This document shows, piece after piece, positions 23,549 to 33,891 of a stretch of 33,891 nt of DNA. The notes beneath the pieces are model-generated. The model did no database searches, was not told the origin of the DNA, and worked only from the letters and a program-made list of their open reading frames with translations. This stretch comes from Paraglomus brasilianum (Eukaryota): the NCBI GenBank assembly GCA_910592345.1, contig CAJVPI010000350.1, positions 1 through 33,891 on the forward strand. The letters run 5' to 3'. Made by a program: the position numbers and the translations under genes. Numbering within the stretch: position 1 is the first letter of the stretch; the number at the start of each line of letters is the position of its first letter.

Positions 23549-24883
23549 CGAAGAATTCTCTTTGAAGAAAACTTATCAGAGATCAATCTTCAACTCTCGC
23601 TCATCACGGGATTTCCAAATTCCCACGGTGATTGGTATACTAAAAATGCTTCAACATTTATGGAAACCTAACTTTAATATCTAAAAGTATAATTATTCTT
23701 GGTTGTTGAGAAAGAACTTTCCTCGAAGAATTACATACATGGAAACCGAAAAGTGCTACTGGAGTTCGCGTGCTATACGCTAGGTGTTAGAAAATTTATA
23801 ATCATATTCCTTGTTTATAATTGTTTGAGATGTTGAATTAAGAATGTTTGTACAACGACATTACCCCTTTATAATAATAGCACTGGGCATCGACACTACT
23901 TTTACATCCGCTTTGTCCAAATTAATACTGATGGGAAGATCCCATCACTAACGACTGATTTTCTTTAAGTGCATAGCGGGTGGCTTAATATTAAAGAATG
24001 AGAATACAAAATAAATAATATTTAACTAAACTTCGTAATGATGATAACGTCTTTGTAAAATTAGGGCGAAACTACTCGTGTTGAAGATGAGTCCGGCATA
24101 GAACCAATGCTGATATCAACTGTCGACCCATTGATGACATTAATATTAAACTGCTTAATATTAAATTCGAATCTGCTGTAAGGTCACGTGTATACGCTGC
24201 ATTGTGTCATATTATGATAATGCGCTGGTACAAAAACGGGTTTAATGCATACCATGAGTATTAATATTAATCATAATAACAAGGAAACGGAAAGGTATGC
24301 TTCAATAGGCCAAAACCGGGGTAGTCTATACTTCCGATTTCCTTTAAAAAACACACTGTGTTCTTACAAGGTGCCTCTGGTAGACCCGAATTGAAGAGCG
24401 CGATTTCCTTACGAATTGCTTACGACTGGTAATGTCCGCCACGTGGCATTTAGGGAGTGCTAGAAAGAATTTTTTAAATAGATATAGATAGACATATTTT
24501 ATACTGTCAAATAACATCAATCTGGAGAATGCTTCAACTTGCAAGATGAAATGTATGGCTGTTGTGTGTAGTAGCTTCAGCCATACGATTTCCAACAACT
24601 CTTAATTAATTGACAACAAAAATAAACCGTTGGGGTTCGCTGCGACGGGTTTGCACTAGTCAATCATTAATAATAAGAGTTAATATTAAAATTTTGTTTA
24701 GCGTTAGTCCCTCGATTAGTATTAGTGTCACCCAAACTAGTTTCAGTGGGCACAGTAATCTTCCATTTGCACTGTCTCGAAGCCTTGCCTTGTACGCTGA
24801 TCTCAATAATACGTTTCTCTTGAATAAGTTTTGGAGTGTCCCAAACCAGATAACACCACTATCATATCTATAAAAATTCTGAC

Positions 24884-26550
24884 ATGGAAACTGGGGAGGA
24901 GGTACTACTAGAGTCTTTTCCAACAGACGAACGTTCCTCATCAAACACCATCGTTCAACGAGACAGCTTACCAAATTCACCAACTGCAAAATCCTCTCGT
25001 ACACCTTTTCCTCAGTCCAAATCTTTGCGCGGTTCACAGTCCAATAAAAATCTCACCATAGCTCTATCTCAAGCTATATCTTCACAAGGAGAATTAAATG
25101 TGGTCCAAAATCTCATAATAGAACAAGATTCAAAGCAGGCAACCCGTTTTACATGGAACTCTACGTTGAGGATTGCGATGTATATATCTGCGTGGTACTT
25201 TTTCTCTACGGTTTTATCATTTTACAATAAATATTTGATGGGTAAAGATGCATTTAATTTGAATCTTCCATCATTGGTGAGCGCCATCCATTCCGGAATG
25301 CATTTCATAATTACGAGTTTCTTAATGAGAGGAAGTTGTCCCACGCTTTACGTGAGGCCTGAGGCAAAGGGTGTGGATTCACAGACTTATTGGTCTAGAG
25401 TGGTGAGTGCCGAGAGAGAGTAGAAAGAGAGAGAGAGTGTGTGTGTGTGTGGTGTGTGTGGTGTGTGTGTGTGAGTGTGAGAGACGTGTGCCATGCTTGA
25501 ACCTTGATAATAATTTGATTTAGGCGATTTGAGCATTATTTAACTGATTCGCCTTATTTTAGGTCCCGGCGGCTATTACAGCTGCATTAGAGATCTGTAT
25601 GTCAAATGGGGCGCTTGTGTACATAACACTAAGTTTTTATACGATGGTAATATTATGGAGGATATATTTATGTTGTAGAATCGTACCAACGTTGAGATGA
25701 CTATAATTTTCAAATTATTTAAACGTTTTATCCTTAATTTAGGTGAAATCATCCACTCCAATATGGGTTTTGTTTTTTGCATTCGTATTTGGGTTAGAGC
25801 AGCCGAGACTCTCACTTATCATTATTATATCAGTAATAAGCCTTGGTGTTGGATTGACGGTTGCTGGAGAAGCTAAATTCGACCTCGTTGGGTTTCTGTT
25901 AATATTAGGAGCGGCAATTTTTAGTGGGTTGCGATGGTCACTGATGCAGATGCTTCTTCAGAGAGAAGCAGGGATGAGTAATCCAATCGCAACACTTTAC
26001 TACGTATCTCCAGTGATGTTTGTTTCAATGATTACGCTCTCTTTATTCTTCGAAAATCCGACCAACAAGTTTGCTACTTCTGAACACTTTCAAAATTTCT
26101 CCTCTGCAATGTCGACATTTGGACTGATGCTAGTTGGAGGACTTTTAGCATTTTTTATGAATGTAGCCGAGTTTGCATTAATTAAGAACACAAGCACGGT
26201 GACATTATCTGTTGCTGGAATAAGCAAAGAAGTGCTTGTCATTACGTTATCCGTACTCATCAACCATGACATTCTTACACCAGTTAACATAATCGGGTAT
26301 GTATTATGGCATATTTTGAAATCCGCAATGAATGTAATAAGTAATCTCTACTAACTATAAATTACTCTATTTATGGTGTCAACAATAACAAATCCTCAAT
26401 CATTAATGTTTACCTTCCGTGTGTCTCCATTACAGTTTGGTAATTAGTATCTCAGGAATCGCATCATATAATTACTACAAAATACAAAAGAGCAATGATA
26501 AAAAAGGACGATATCAAGTATTGTCATCGAAGAATGATATTCAAGTTTAA
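24884..26550 (+). CDS. Triose-phosphate/nucleotide-sugar transporter family (SLC35C2/Ymd8-like), about 423 aa; exons 24884-25402, 25563-25646, 25743-26296, 26436-26550
   Basis: Three GT-AG introns with matching phases give 1272 nt. Motifs WYFFSTVLSFYNK, SN..L.YITLSFYTMVKSSTPIWVL, SGLRWSL.Q.LLQ, EF.LI..TS.VTLSVAGI.KE, GI..YNYYK. About 9-10 TM segments. Confidence 0.92.
25412..25484. repeat. Compound (GA)n/(GT)n microsatellite in intron 1 of the transporter
   Basis: Directly visible just downstream of the GTGAGT donor at 25403. Confidence 0.9.
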
Positions 26551-27656
26551 ATGGACGCTTGATAGACAGCGACAACACAATATCAAACGCACATATAGAT
26601 ACCTGTATATTATCACCGTATTGTTCGTTTTATAAATCACAAGCTATACGAAATATGCATGTACACTCTCCAGTTTTACCTTTACAAGACGAGCATTAAT
26701 GAGTTTTCGCTTTAAATTATACATTCAACACGATGCGTGTAAACATGATTTGAACTTTTTGAGTTGTGAAATGAAACCAAAAGATTTTATTCTTATGCCT
26801 TTTGATTTTTTATTGACAGGACAGGTAACGCTACTCGTTAACGCATTATATTTCTATAATTTGAATGGTTGTTATATCCCTATTGATATAGTAATTCTCG
26901 AACACAATCAGTTCGGATAATGGTTATATATATACTCGATAAGTTGGTCTCTCGATTATGGCGATAAAACCTCTGTTCATAGCCTATTGAATAAAGTATA
27001 AAGCTCATCATTACTTTGATTGCTGTAATAGTAATATCAATTCGACATCATACCAAATGTCATAAATTTTCTATGGCGGCTGGACTATAACTATTACTAT
27101 TGGCAGCCATGAATTATAATGGTCTTGCACTGTGTATTCAAACTTGATTGACAACAAAGGTTGACAACCATAAGTGTTTACATAAAAAACCCCCTGAAAC
27201 AGAAACACATACATGTTTGAAAGAGAACCAAATTCACATAGATCAATAAGTGATTAAAGACTCTGGTCATTGTTTATTCAAAGATATCCCCAATAATAAA
27301 ACTCTTGATTTTATTATTATGGAAGCCCAATCCAGATCATCATGTCGACACCTATCATGGAACAAACTACATAGGTAAAATTCTGACTGTCTCCGCATGT
27401 TAAAGAATGGACTAATAGAGTTTGAGGTTATAAAATATACAATCAATAATTTATCATGCTGCATATTGTTGCAGTTTTAAAGTTACAATAACTTCTTCTA
27501 ATTATAATTATGTAGTAACTATGTTTTGTTATGTGCGGATTTATTTAACAAACACTGTATATTTAGAACCATTCGAAACTTACCTGATATATTGTAATAA
27601 TTAACGAAAGCTTGTTTAAGCGATATTATTAAACTAAATCAACCGAAAGTATATGA

Positions 27657-27716
27657 CAGTCCAAAATTCAGGTTGGGACCGTCTCAGCCCAGAACTGAGC
27701 CAGTTCCGAAACGAGA
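27657..27716. repeat. Short relic related to the 3237-3588 inverted-repeat family
   Basis: TTGGGACCGTCTCAG and CCAGAACT resemble TTGGGACCTGTCTCAG and TCCAGAACT in the 3.2-3.6 kb arms. Confidence 0.45.
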
Positions 27717-28345
27717 TACAACATTCCTTGCGTTTATGAATGGCAAAGCATAGTCTTTTATACGGTCGACTTTTTTTTCTACGCACATATGTAGTCACCT
27801 GGGATTGCAATAATTTCAGGTGCTTACAACATGTTTGTTGAAAGAGTAAATATGCTGAGAGTATTATGAAAAGCCTATCGATAGAGATTAATGCTACATC
27901 ATGTCGAAGTGGATTCTTCACAGCTGTCTCGTCTTGTAAATGCTAATTATACGACATACAGAATCGTGTAATGCCATGCAAAGTGATGCTCTAATACTAC
28001 TTATACCTCCTGGTGTCAAAGGTTATGAAGATCTCCTCGGGAGATGTCTTTAGATGCGCTGGTGAGTTTATATGAGTTTGTCAAATATTATTAGTGAGAT
28101 ATTATTCTTTTAGCGTTGAGGATGGAATGTTTATAATGTTTATTATATATAACGTCAAGAAATTTCACCTTGCGATGAGAAAAGCGAAATATTACTTTAT
28201 CTATTTAACAAAGCGTACAATATTTCTTAATTCAGGTGTGTAAACAGCCCCCCATGCTACGCGTATATTTGTGCCCCTGAAATCTTCTTTGTCCACAAAC
28301 AATGTCGTTGAGAATCAAAAAAACAACAAACGGCTTAAATTCGCT

Positions 28346-30916
28346 ATGGGTATACCTGGTTTCTTTCGCTGGCTAGCAGCTGCTTATCCACAAACAGTGG
28401 AAAATATCCAACTGAACACGCAACACCGTACAGATATCCTCTATTTAGATCTAAATGGATTGTTCCACGCAGCGTTGTCCAAGATGCGAAAGGGGACGAC
28501 AACGCCCGAAATCATGTTATCAAGAGTATTCAGACAAATGGACAACGCAATTGATACTTGTAAACCTACTGCATTGGTATATATTGCAATGGATGGAGTG
28601 GCACCGCGAGCCAAGATGAATGAGCAGCGGCATAGAAGATTCAATGCGGTCAAATCACAAGATGAGAATTCAATAAAGAACATGAGTAATACCTCGAGTA
28701 GTATAACAAATGGCAAACTTGTCAATACATCAACTATTAGCTCAAACAGCCTCACTTTCCAACCACCTTCCACACTATTTCACGCTACGCATACAACAGA
28801 CATAAAAGGCAACAATATCCCATCCTCTCCCTCGAATATCGCCTCGTTCTCTACATCTTTCCCTTCTTCGACATCATCATCATTCTTTGTACCAATAGAC
28901 TCTGTAAATATCTCCGCTGGCACCGAATTCATGCACGCAGCCAATGAGGCTGTTAGGTTTTACGTTTACCAACGTCTCAACGGCCGTAGACGTAATTTAC
29001 AAATAATATTAAATGACTCAAATGTACCTGGAGAAGGAGAACATAAAATATTCGAGTTTCTTCAATTTCAATTATCTCAACCAGGATATAATCAAGATAC
29101 TAATCATGTGGTATGTGGCGGCGATGCAGACTTTATTATGTATGCTCTAGGAACTCACAAAGCAAATATCCGCATACTGAGAGACAGAGCACTTGTATAT
29201 GTTCACGTAGATAGATTACGGAAAGCAATATTAAAGGAAATGAAACCATCCCAGAATTTGTTACAAACAGACGACGAAAGAATACTTAATGACTTTGTTT
29301 GCATCTCAATGCTGCTAGGCAATGACTTTATACCTAAATTGCGCGGATTGGGGATGAGTGTAGATATTTTAACATCAACGTATAAAACTAAATTTACTGA
29401 CATCGGGGGTTACATAACAGCTGCTAATGGTCGTATAGAAATAAATAGACTGCTTAAACTAATCTCTCACATCGGAAACATGGGACTTTTCAGGAGACAT
29501 GGTTCTGCAGCGCCGACATCCGTTGATCCGCTAGAGGCTACATCAAGAGCAAATGATTTTATTCGTATACTCTGCTGGTCAATGCAATACTATACCGGGG
29601 TATGTCCATCATGGCGCTTCTACTATCCACATTATTATTCACCTTCCATACCAGACATTCTGAACTACGTCTCCCCTCTCCTCGTCTCTCAAGACTTTCC
29701 TCCAGACAATCCAATGCGTCCATTCGAACAACTAATGTGTATTGTTCCCCCACAATGCTCGTATCTTCTGCCTGAACCGTTTAGAGATCTACTTACTTCT
29801 CCTTTATCTCCGATAAAAGAGTTCTATCCGTCTGCACATAGCATATCCGGCAAAATTCATCTGCCATTCATCGATGAGAAACGGTTAATTGAAGCAATGG
29901 CACCCCGATACGCATCACTTTGCCAACGTGACGCATGCAAGAATATCACCAAAAATAAAATAGAGATATACTCGGGGAGCTTATCAGAATCGTACCGAGC
30001 AGTAAGAGCGATCAGTCAGAGAAAATATGAGAAAACGGTATTACCGTGGTCTTTAAGGCTGTATGGAGAGCTGAGATATTGCGGAGAAATGGCTTCAACT
30101 GTGTATTCACCGGTTGACAAGTGGAAGCATATTACGGGAAATTCAGCCGCACATGCAGAATTCAAGATGATCAATATGAAAGTAAAAAGCGAGGGAAGAA
30201 GAAATCAAAATGTTTCCGCCAGAGGGAAATACAGAAGAATTGGCGAGGACATGATTGGAATCGAAGATACTACTGGTCAACTGTCTAACGACAGAGCAAG
30301 TAGTACTCTACCTCGCTCAGAACAGATGCATAGTTGTTCTTGTAAAAAACGGAAATACAACAAGTCATCAACCGTCTCTCCATCATCGACTGTCCCGTCG
30401 ATATCTGCAAATTGCAAAACAAAATCCGAGGCTAGTTTGCAAGTTAGTGGATTTATGGTAAAGGATGACATGGTCACTGGTGATGTCTCTTTTGGTGGAG
30501 CGGACGAAAGTCATAGCAGGTATGTTGGTGGTAAATATGAGTTGAGTGGAACCAGTAATGCATACGATCAAGAGATTATGTCATTGCCTCAAACGCAATC
30601 ACTGCGGTGCGAAGACCATGGGATGACATCACTGTTCGGAACTACTTTGGAAACACGACGAGAACAATTAGAAAGTACACAACTATCAACGCTACCTTAT
30701 CAAGAGACAAATACCCAAATCCCTACTTCCGTATTCTCTCTCACAAAACTTTCTCAATCCCAGTTTCACCGTCATCCGCTTCATCAAATGCTCCTTCAGC
30801 AGTCTCAGACAGCTCTTACAAATAATGTGAATGATTTTGGACAAAGCAGGCTGTCTGATGAGAGTCATGATGAGTGCAAAAACGATAATTATTTTGCCCA
30901 GAAGCCACCATATTGA
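28346..30916 (+). CDS. Divergent XRN-family (Xrn1/Rat1-like) 5'-3' exoribonuclease, 856 aa, single exon
   Basis: The ATG at 28346 gives the canonical start MGIPGFFRWL. Motifs LYLDLNGLFH, AMDGVAPRAKMNEQRHRRF, GTEFM, VPGEGEHKI, GGDADFIM, LGNDFIP, PSWRFYYPHYYSP, PFEQLM, LPFIDEKRL. Low-complexity C-terminal region of about 250 aa. Confidence 0.93.
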   Translation: MGIPGFFRWLAAAYPQTVENIQLNTQHRTDILYLDLNGLFHAALSKMRKGTTTPEIMLSRVFRQMDNAIDTCKPTALVYIAMDGVAPRAKMNEQRHRRFNAVKSQDENSIKNMSNTSSSITNGKLVNTSTISSNSLTFQPPSTLFHATHTTDIKGNNIPSSPSNIASFSTSFPSSTSSSFFVPIDSVNISAGTEFMHAANEAVRFYVYQRLNGRRRNLQIILNDSNVPGEGEHKIFEFLQFQLSQPGYNQDTNHVVCGGDADFIMYALGTHKANIRILRDRALVYVHVDRLRKAILKEMKPSQNLLQTDDERILNDFVCISMLLGNDFIPKLRGLGMSVDILTSTYKTKFTDIGGYITAANGRIEINRLLKLISHIGNMGLFRRHGSAAPTSVDPLEATSRANDFIRILCWSMQYYTGVCPSWRFYYPHYYSPSIPDILNYVSPLLVSQDFPPDNPMRPFEQLMCIVPPQCSYLLPEPFRDLLTSPLSPIKEFYPSAHSISGKIHLPFIDEKRLIEAMAPRYASLCQRDACKNITKNKIEIYSGSLSESYRAVRAISQRKYEKTVLPWSLRLYGELRYCGEMASTVYSPVDKWKHITGNSAAHAEFKMINMKVKSEGRRNQNVSARGKYRRIGEDMIGIEDTTGQLSNDRASSTLPRSEQMHSCSCKKRKYNKSSTVSPSSTVPSISANCKTKSEASLQVSGFMVKDDMVTGDVSFGGADESHSRYVGGKYELSGTSNAYDQEIMSLPQTQSLRCEDHGMTSLFGTTLETRREQLESTQLSTLPYQETNTQIPTSVFSLTKLSQSQFHRHPLHQMLLQQSQTALTNNVNDFGQSRLSDESHDECKNDNYFAQKPPY

Positions 30917-31739
30917 AGTATAATATTAAGAATGAAGGATGAGAATAGCTTATTAAATATTTATTAAATAAAGAAATAAACAAAAGATGACACTAATGTC
31001 TTTGGAAGTCATGTCAGATAAACATAACTTCTGAAAAATTTAAGGTAATTATAAATCTTAATGTTCAGGGAAAATAGAAATTTGATCCGACAAGAAAACT
31101 CGGCAAATGTAAAGATAGCAATTATGAAATCAAGCAAATCTATAATACATTTTCATTACATATTATCATACATGCAAGTTAAAAGTGTTATTTTAAAGCC
31201 TTAAACCTAATCTTCTGTATGAGACTCACAACGTGTTGTCATTGACGAGATCATATTAATTACATGCTTGCTTCAATCTTTACCTTTTATGATCTGCCTT
31301 AAGTTCAACGAGGTTTAATATCGGCAGTTTGACGGCTCATCGATTACATTTGTCGATGATTTGAGATGTCTTAATATGCTTTGGGGCGTATCCTTCATTC
31401 TCTATAATACTTATTCAGCCAGAGGATCTCGCAAATGAGGTTTGATCTCGGAATCCTGTTTTTCACGGGACAACTGATTTGCGTGATGTACGCACCTATT
31501 TCTTATGAACATTCTGTTGCGACTCGCAAAAAAAGTGGAAATTGTCGTCTTGCTGCATACGATGCTATTGATCATGATATCACTTATATACGCATTGCAG
31601 CTCTTGCGTGGGAAAACGTTACAATGAACGCAATTGGGGCGTAACTGTAGTAGAGCTGATGTTCTCTCATATCAATGGAACTTCAACAGAATAATTTAGA
31701 GATTAGCGCATTATTAATATAGGGTTATTATATGCTAAT

Positions 31740-33160
31740 AAAGAAAAACTTCAAGAATCTTACAGGTTTATGGTGAAATTTCGTGGGATGTATATGGAAA
31801 ATAGTAAAAATGGTGGTTCTACTGAATATGAACTAGCAATTCATTTTTGGAAAAAGGCTGTGATTGTGGAAATAACTTTCAGCCGACGCCTTAAAAAGAA
31901 AGCGCGTACTAATAAGTAAACGTTTTATTACTGAGATCGCAATATAAATACGCCACTTTGTCAGGAAACGTATCTCAATATGTTAGGAATCAGTTCGAAA
32001 TCATCTAGCGACGAATGGTATAATACCGCGCGTTCATGGTAACGTAAAACGAATGCCACGATGGAAACCCAAAATAACTATCGATAAAAACGTTGCTACA
32101 ACGGTGAAAATTTTTCTCGAAAATTATGCTGATTACCAAGTCCTGGTAGAAATGTTAACCGAATTACTCAATCGCTTACACTTTTACCAGCTGAAACTAG
32201 TTACAAATCGGACTATCGGGATTTTATTGCAGGTTTTGAAAACTATAACACGTTTAAAGTGTTAAAATATGATGCATTCCGCAAGTTATGGCATCAATTA
32301 ACGCCTTATAATCAAATTATGAGTCCAAGAACGGATTTGTCAACGTTTTCGGAACGGCTTACATATACAGTACAATGCTCGCAAGGAAGAAAAAGCAAGA
32401 GACTTGCTGAAAAAATACAAAGAATATCTGGGAAGGCTAAGTTGGAGAGAAATTATTACAACAAAATACGAAATTAGCAGAAGAACAAAGAAAATTAGTA
32501 GATGAGCATTTTATGACGAGAGGTAAAGCGGATTATTGTAGCATTGACACGACTGCTCACTACAGTTATAATTGAGCACAAAATGTTCATGTCCACATTC
32601 CAATCAACAGGTAAGTAAAATTTATTATCTCAGTCCGCGTAAAGTGCATTTATTTGGTATGCAAGATGAAGCAGTACGCGAACAAATTAATTACGTTCTT
32701 GATGAAGACACTGAGCATGGTATTCGATGAAATTAAGAGATTGAACAAAGGCAAAAAAGGTCTAAAGATTACTTGTGATAATGCAGAAGGTCAGAATAAA
32801 AATAGTGCTACCATTTGATTTTATCTATATCTAGTAATTTGCGGTTATTATAAAAGTATCGAGTTAAATTTTATGGTGCCTGGACATACTAAATTCAAAT
32901 GTGATGGTAGTTTTGAATCGATTAAGAAATTATACCACAAAACAACGGTAGATTGAATGGATCATATTGTTGAAGTTGTGAAAAGATCAAGTACAGCTGG
33001 ATTAAACAAATTCCAGCGTTATTATTATGACAACGGAAAAGGTTTTCAGTACTTAGGTTTTAATTCTGTGTTAGGATTTTCTTTAAAAAGTTAAATGGTT
33101 TGCAAAAGCATCAGCATTTTTTATTTGAAGCAGCTCGACCTAGAGTAGGAGTTGTCAAAG
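31740..33160 (+). pseudogene. Degenerate DDD transposase, Sola-like
   Basis: Hand translation over frameshifts: GIIPRVHGN, AFRKLWHQLTP, PRTDL, YSYN*AQNV (decayed D1), IYYLSPRKVHLFG, CDNAEGQNKN (D2), FMVPGHTKFKCDGSF (D3). DN..GQNKN and GH.....D are the Sola-type signature. Termini not identified. Confidence 0.75.
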
Positions 33161-33891
33161 ATATTACTTGTCCAATACTGGCAATGATAAATGATTAAAA
33201 TATTTAGGCTAAAATCTTTCCATTATTTCAATGCTCTTCACTGGCATTAATTCTCTGTCTAATTTTTCAATAAATTTGCTAGATTTTTCCACTCTTAATT
33301 TTTAAAATAAGTATACAGTATAAACAGAATAAAAAAAAACAAAAAAAAAAAACATAATAATAACAGAACTCAAACAATTAGCAGATAAAGAGAGAACTTT
33401 AAACTAAGAACTTGAAATGTATTATTGAAAGCTCAGAATATATTGATACTGCTTTAAGAACCTTAGAAAGATTTACAAGGGTTGAGTAAGTTATCCAGAA
33501 ATGAAATTGGCAGAGTTGTTTTCAGCAATGAATTCACTCTGAGAAGTTTCAGTAATGAAGCACGAAATTATGAAGAGGCTTTTAGTTTTACTTATCAAGA
33601 AAAAAAAAAAGAATTAGAAACAAAGATAGAAGAGTTAGAGGATGAAGTGGAAATGGAGCAAGAAGAAGCTGAAAAGGCACTGGAAGGTGAAGAAAGCATC
33701 AAATGTCTGAAACAATGTTAAAGCACAATTGTAAATAGCCGATTTTGCTATTTACTATGGAATTATTTGATTGGTCAAAAATTCACTCCCATGTATTTTG
33801 CGGCGCTTTTGTATAACTTGATCACTTGATCGTAAATAGTGATAATTCGCGAGTAGATGTCTGGGAGGGAAATTGAGTACTAGAGTGATGA

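Noticed and set aside
28271..28345. N-terminal extension of the XRN ORF in the track
   Set aside because: It starts at GTG. The ATG at 28346 gives the conserved XRN N-terminus.
28441..30825. Antisense and alternate-frame ORFs overlapping XRN (similar ones overlap the GPCR, oxidase and transporter)
   Set aside because: Shadow ORFs of genuine coding sequence with no independent evidence.
33482..33721. Glu/Lys-rich coiled-coil-like ORF
   Set aside because: Non-ATG start, short, low complexity and in degraded repeat-like DNA; no family recognised.

Overview
AT-rich, intron-containing eukaryotic DNA. Short (about 60-160 bp) introns, the gene set and the repeat types point to an early-diverging fungus, probably Mucoromycota (inference). 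Five apparently intact host genes can be rebuilt by hand: a 4-exon 7-TM GPCR-like receptor (+, 5184-6716), a 5-exon secreted AA5 copper-radical (glyoxal-oxidase-like) oxidase (-, 11860-13874), BLOC1S2 (-, 22655-23548, with a GC-AG intron and a GG where an AG acceptor is expected), a 4-exon SLC35C2/TPT-family transporter (+, 24884-26550) and an intronless, compact, divergent XRN-family 5'-3' exoribonuclease (+, 28346-30916). Between them lie decayed DNA transposons: a full-length pogo/Tigger element with a MITE nested in its intron; a Tc1 element whose catalytic core is replaced by about 2.3 kb of foreign DNA, including a PD-(D/E)xK nuclease fragment; a non-autonomous pogo derivative with amplified TIR motifs; and a Sola-like transposase relic. 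Two kinase pseudogenes are also present, one a PD-(D/E)xK nuclease-kinase fusion. No rRNA, tRNA or CRISPR array was found. The best candidates for novelty are the XRN paralogue, the gene-capturing Tc1 and the nuclease-kinase fusion. All family calls rest on motif recognition by eye, with no database search.
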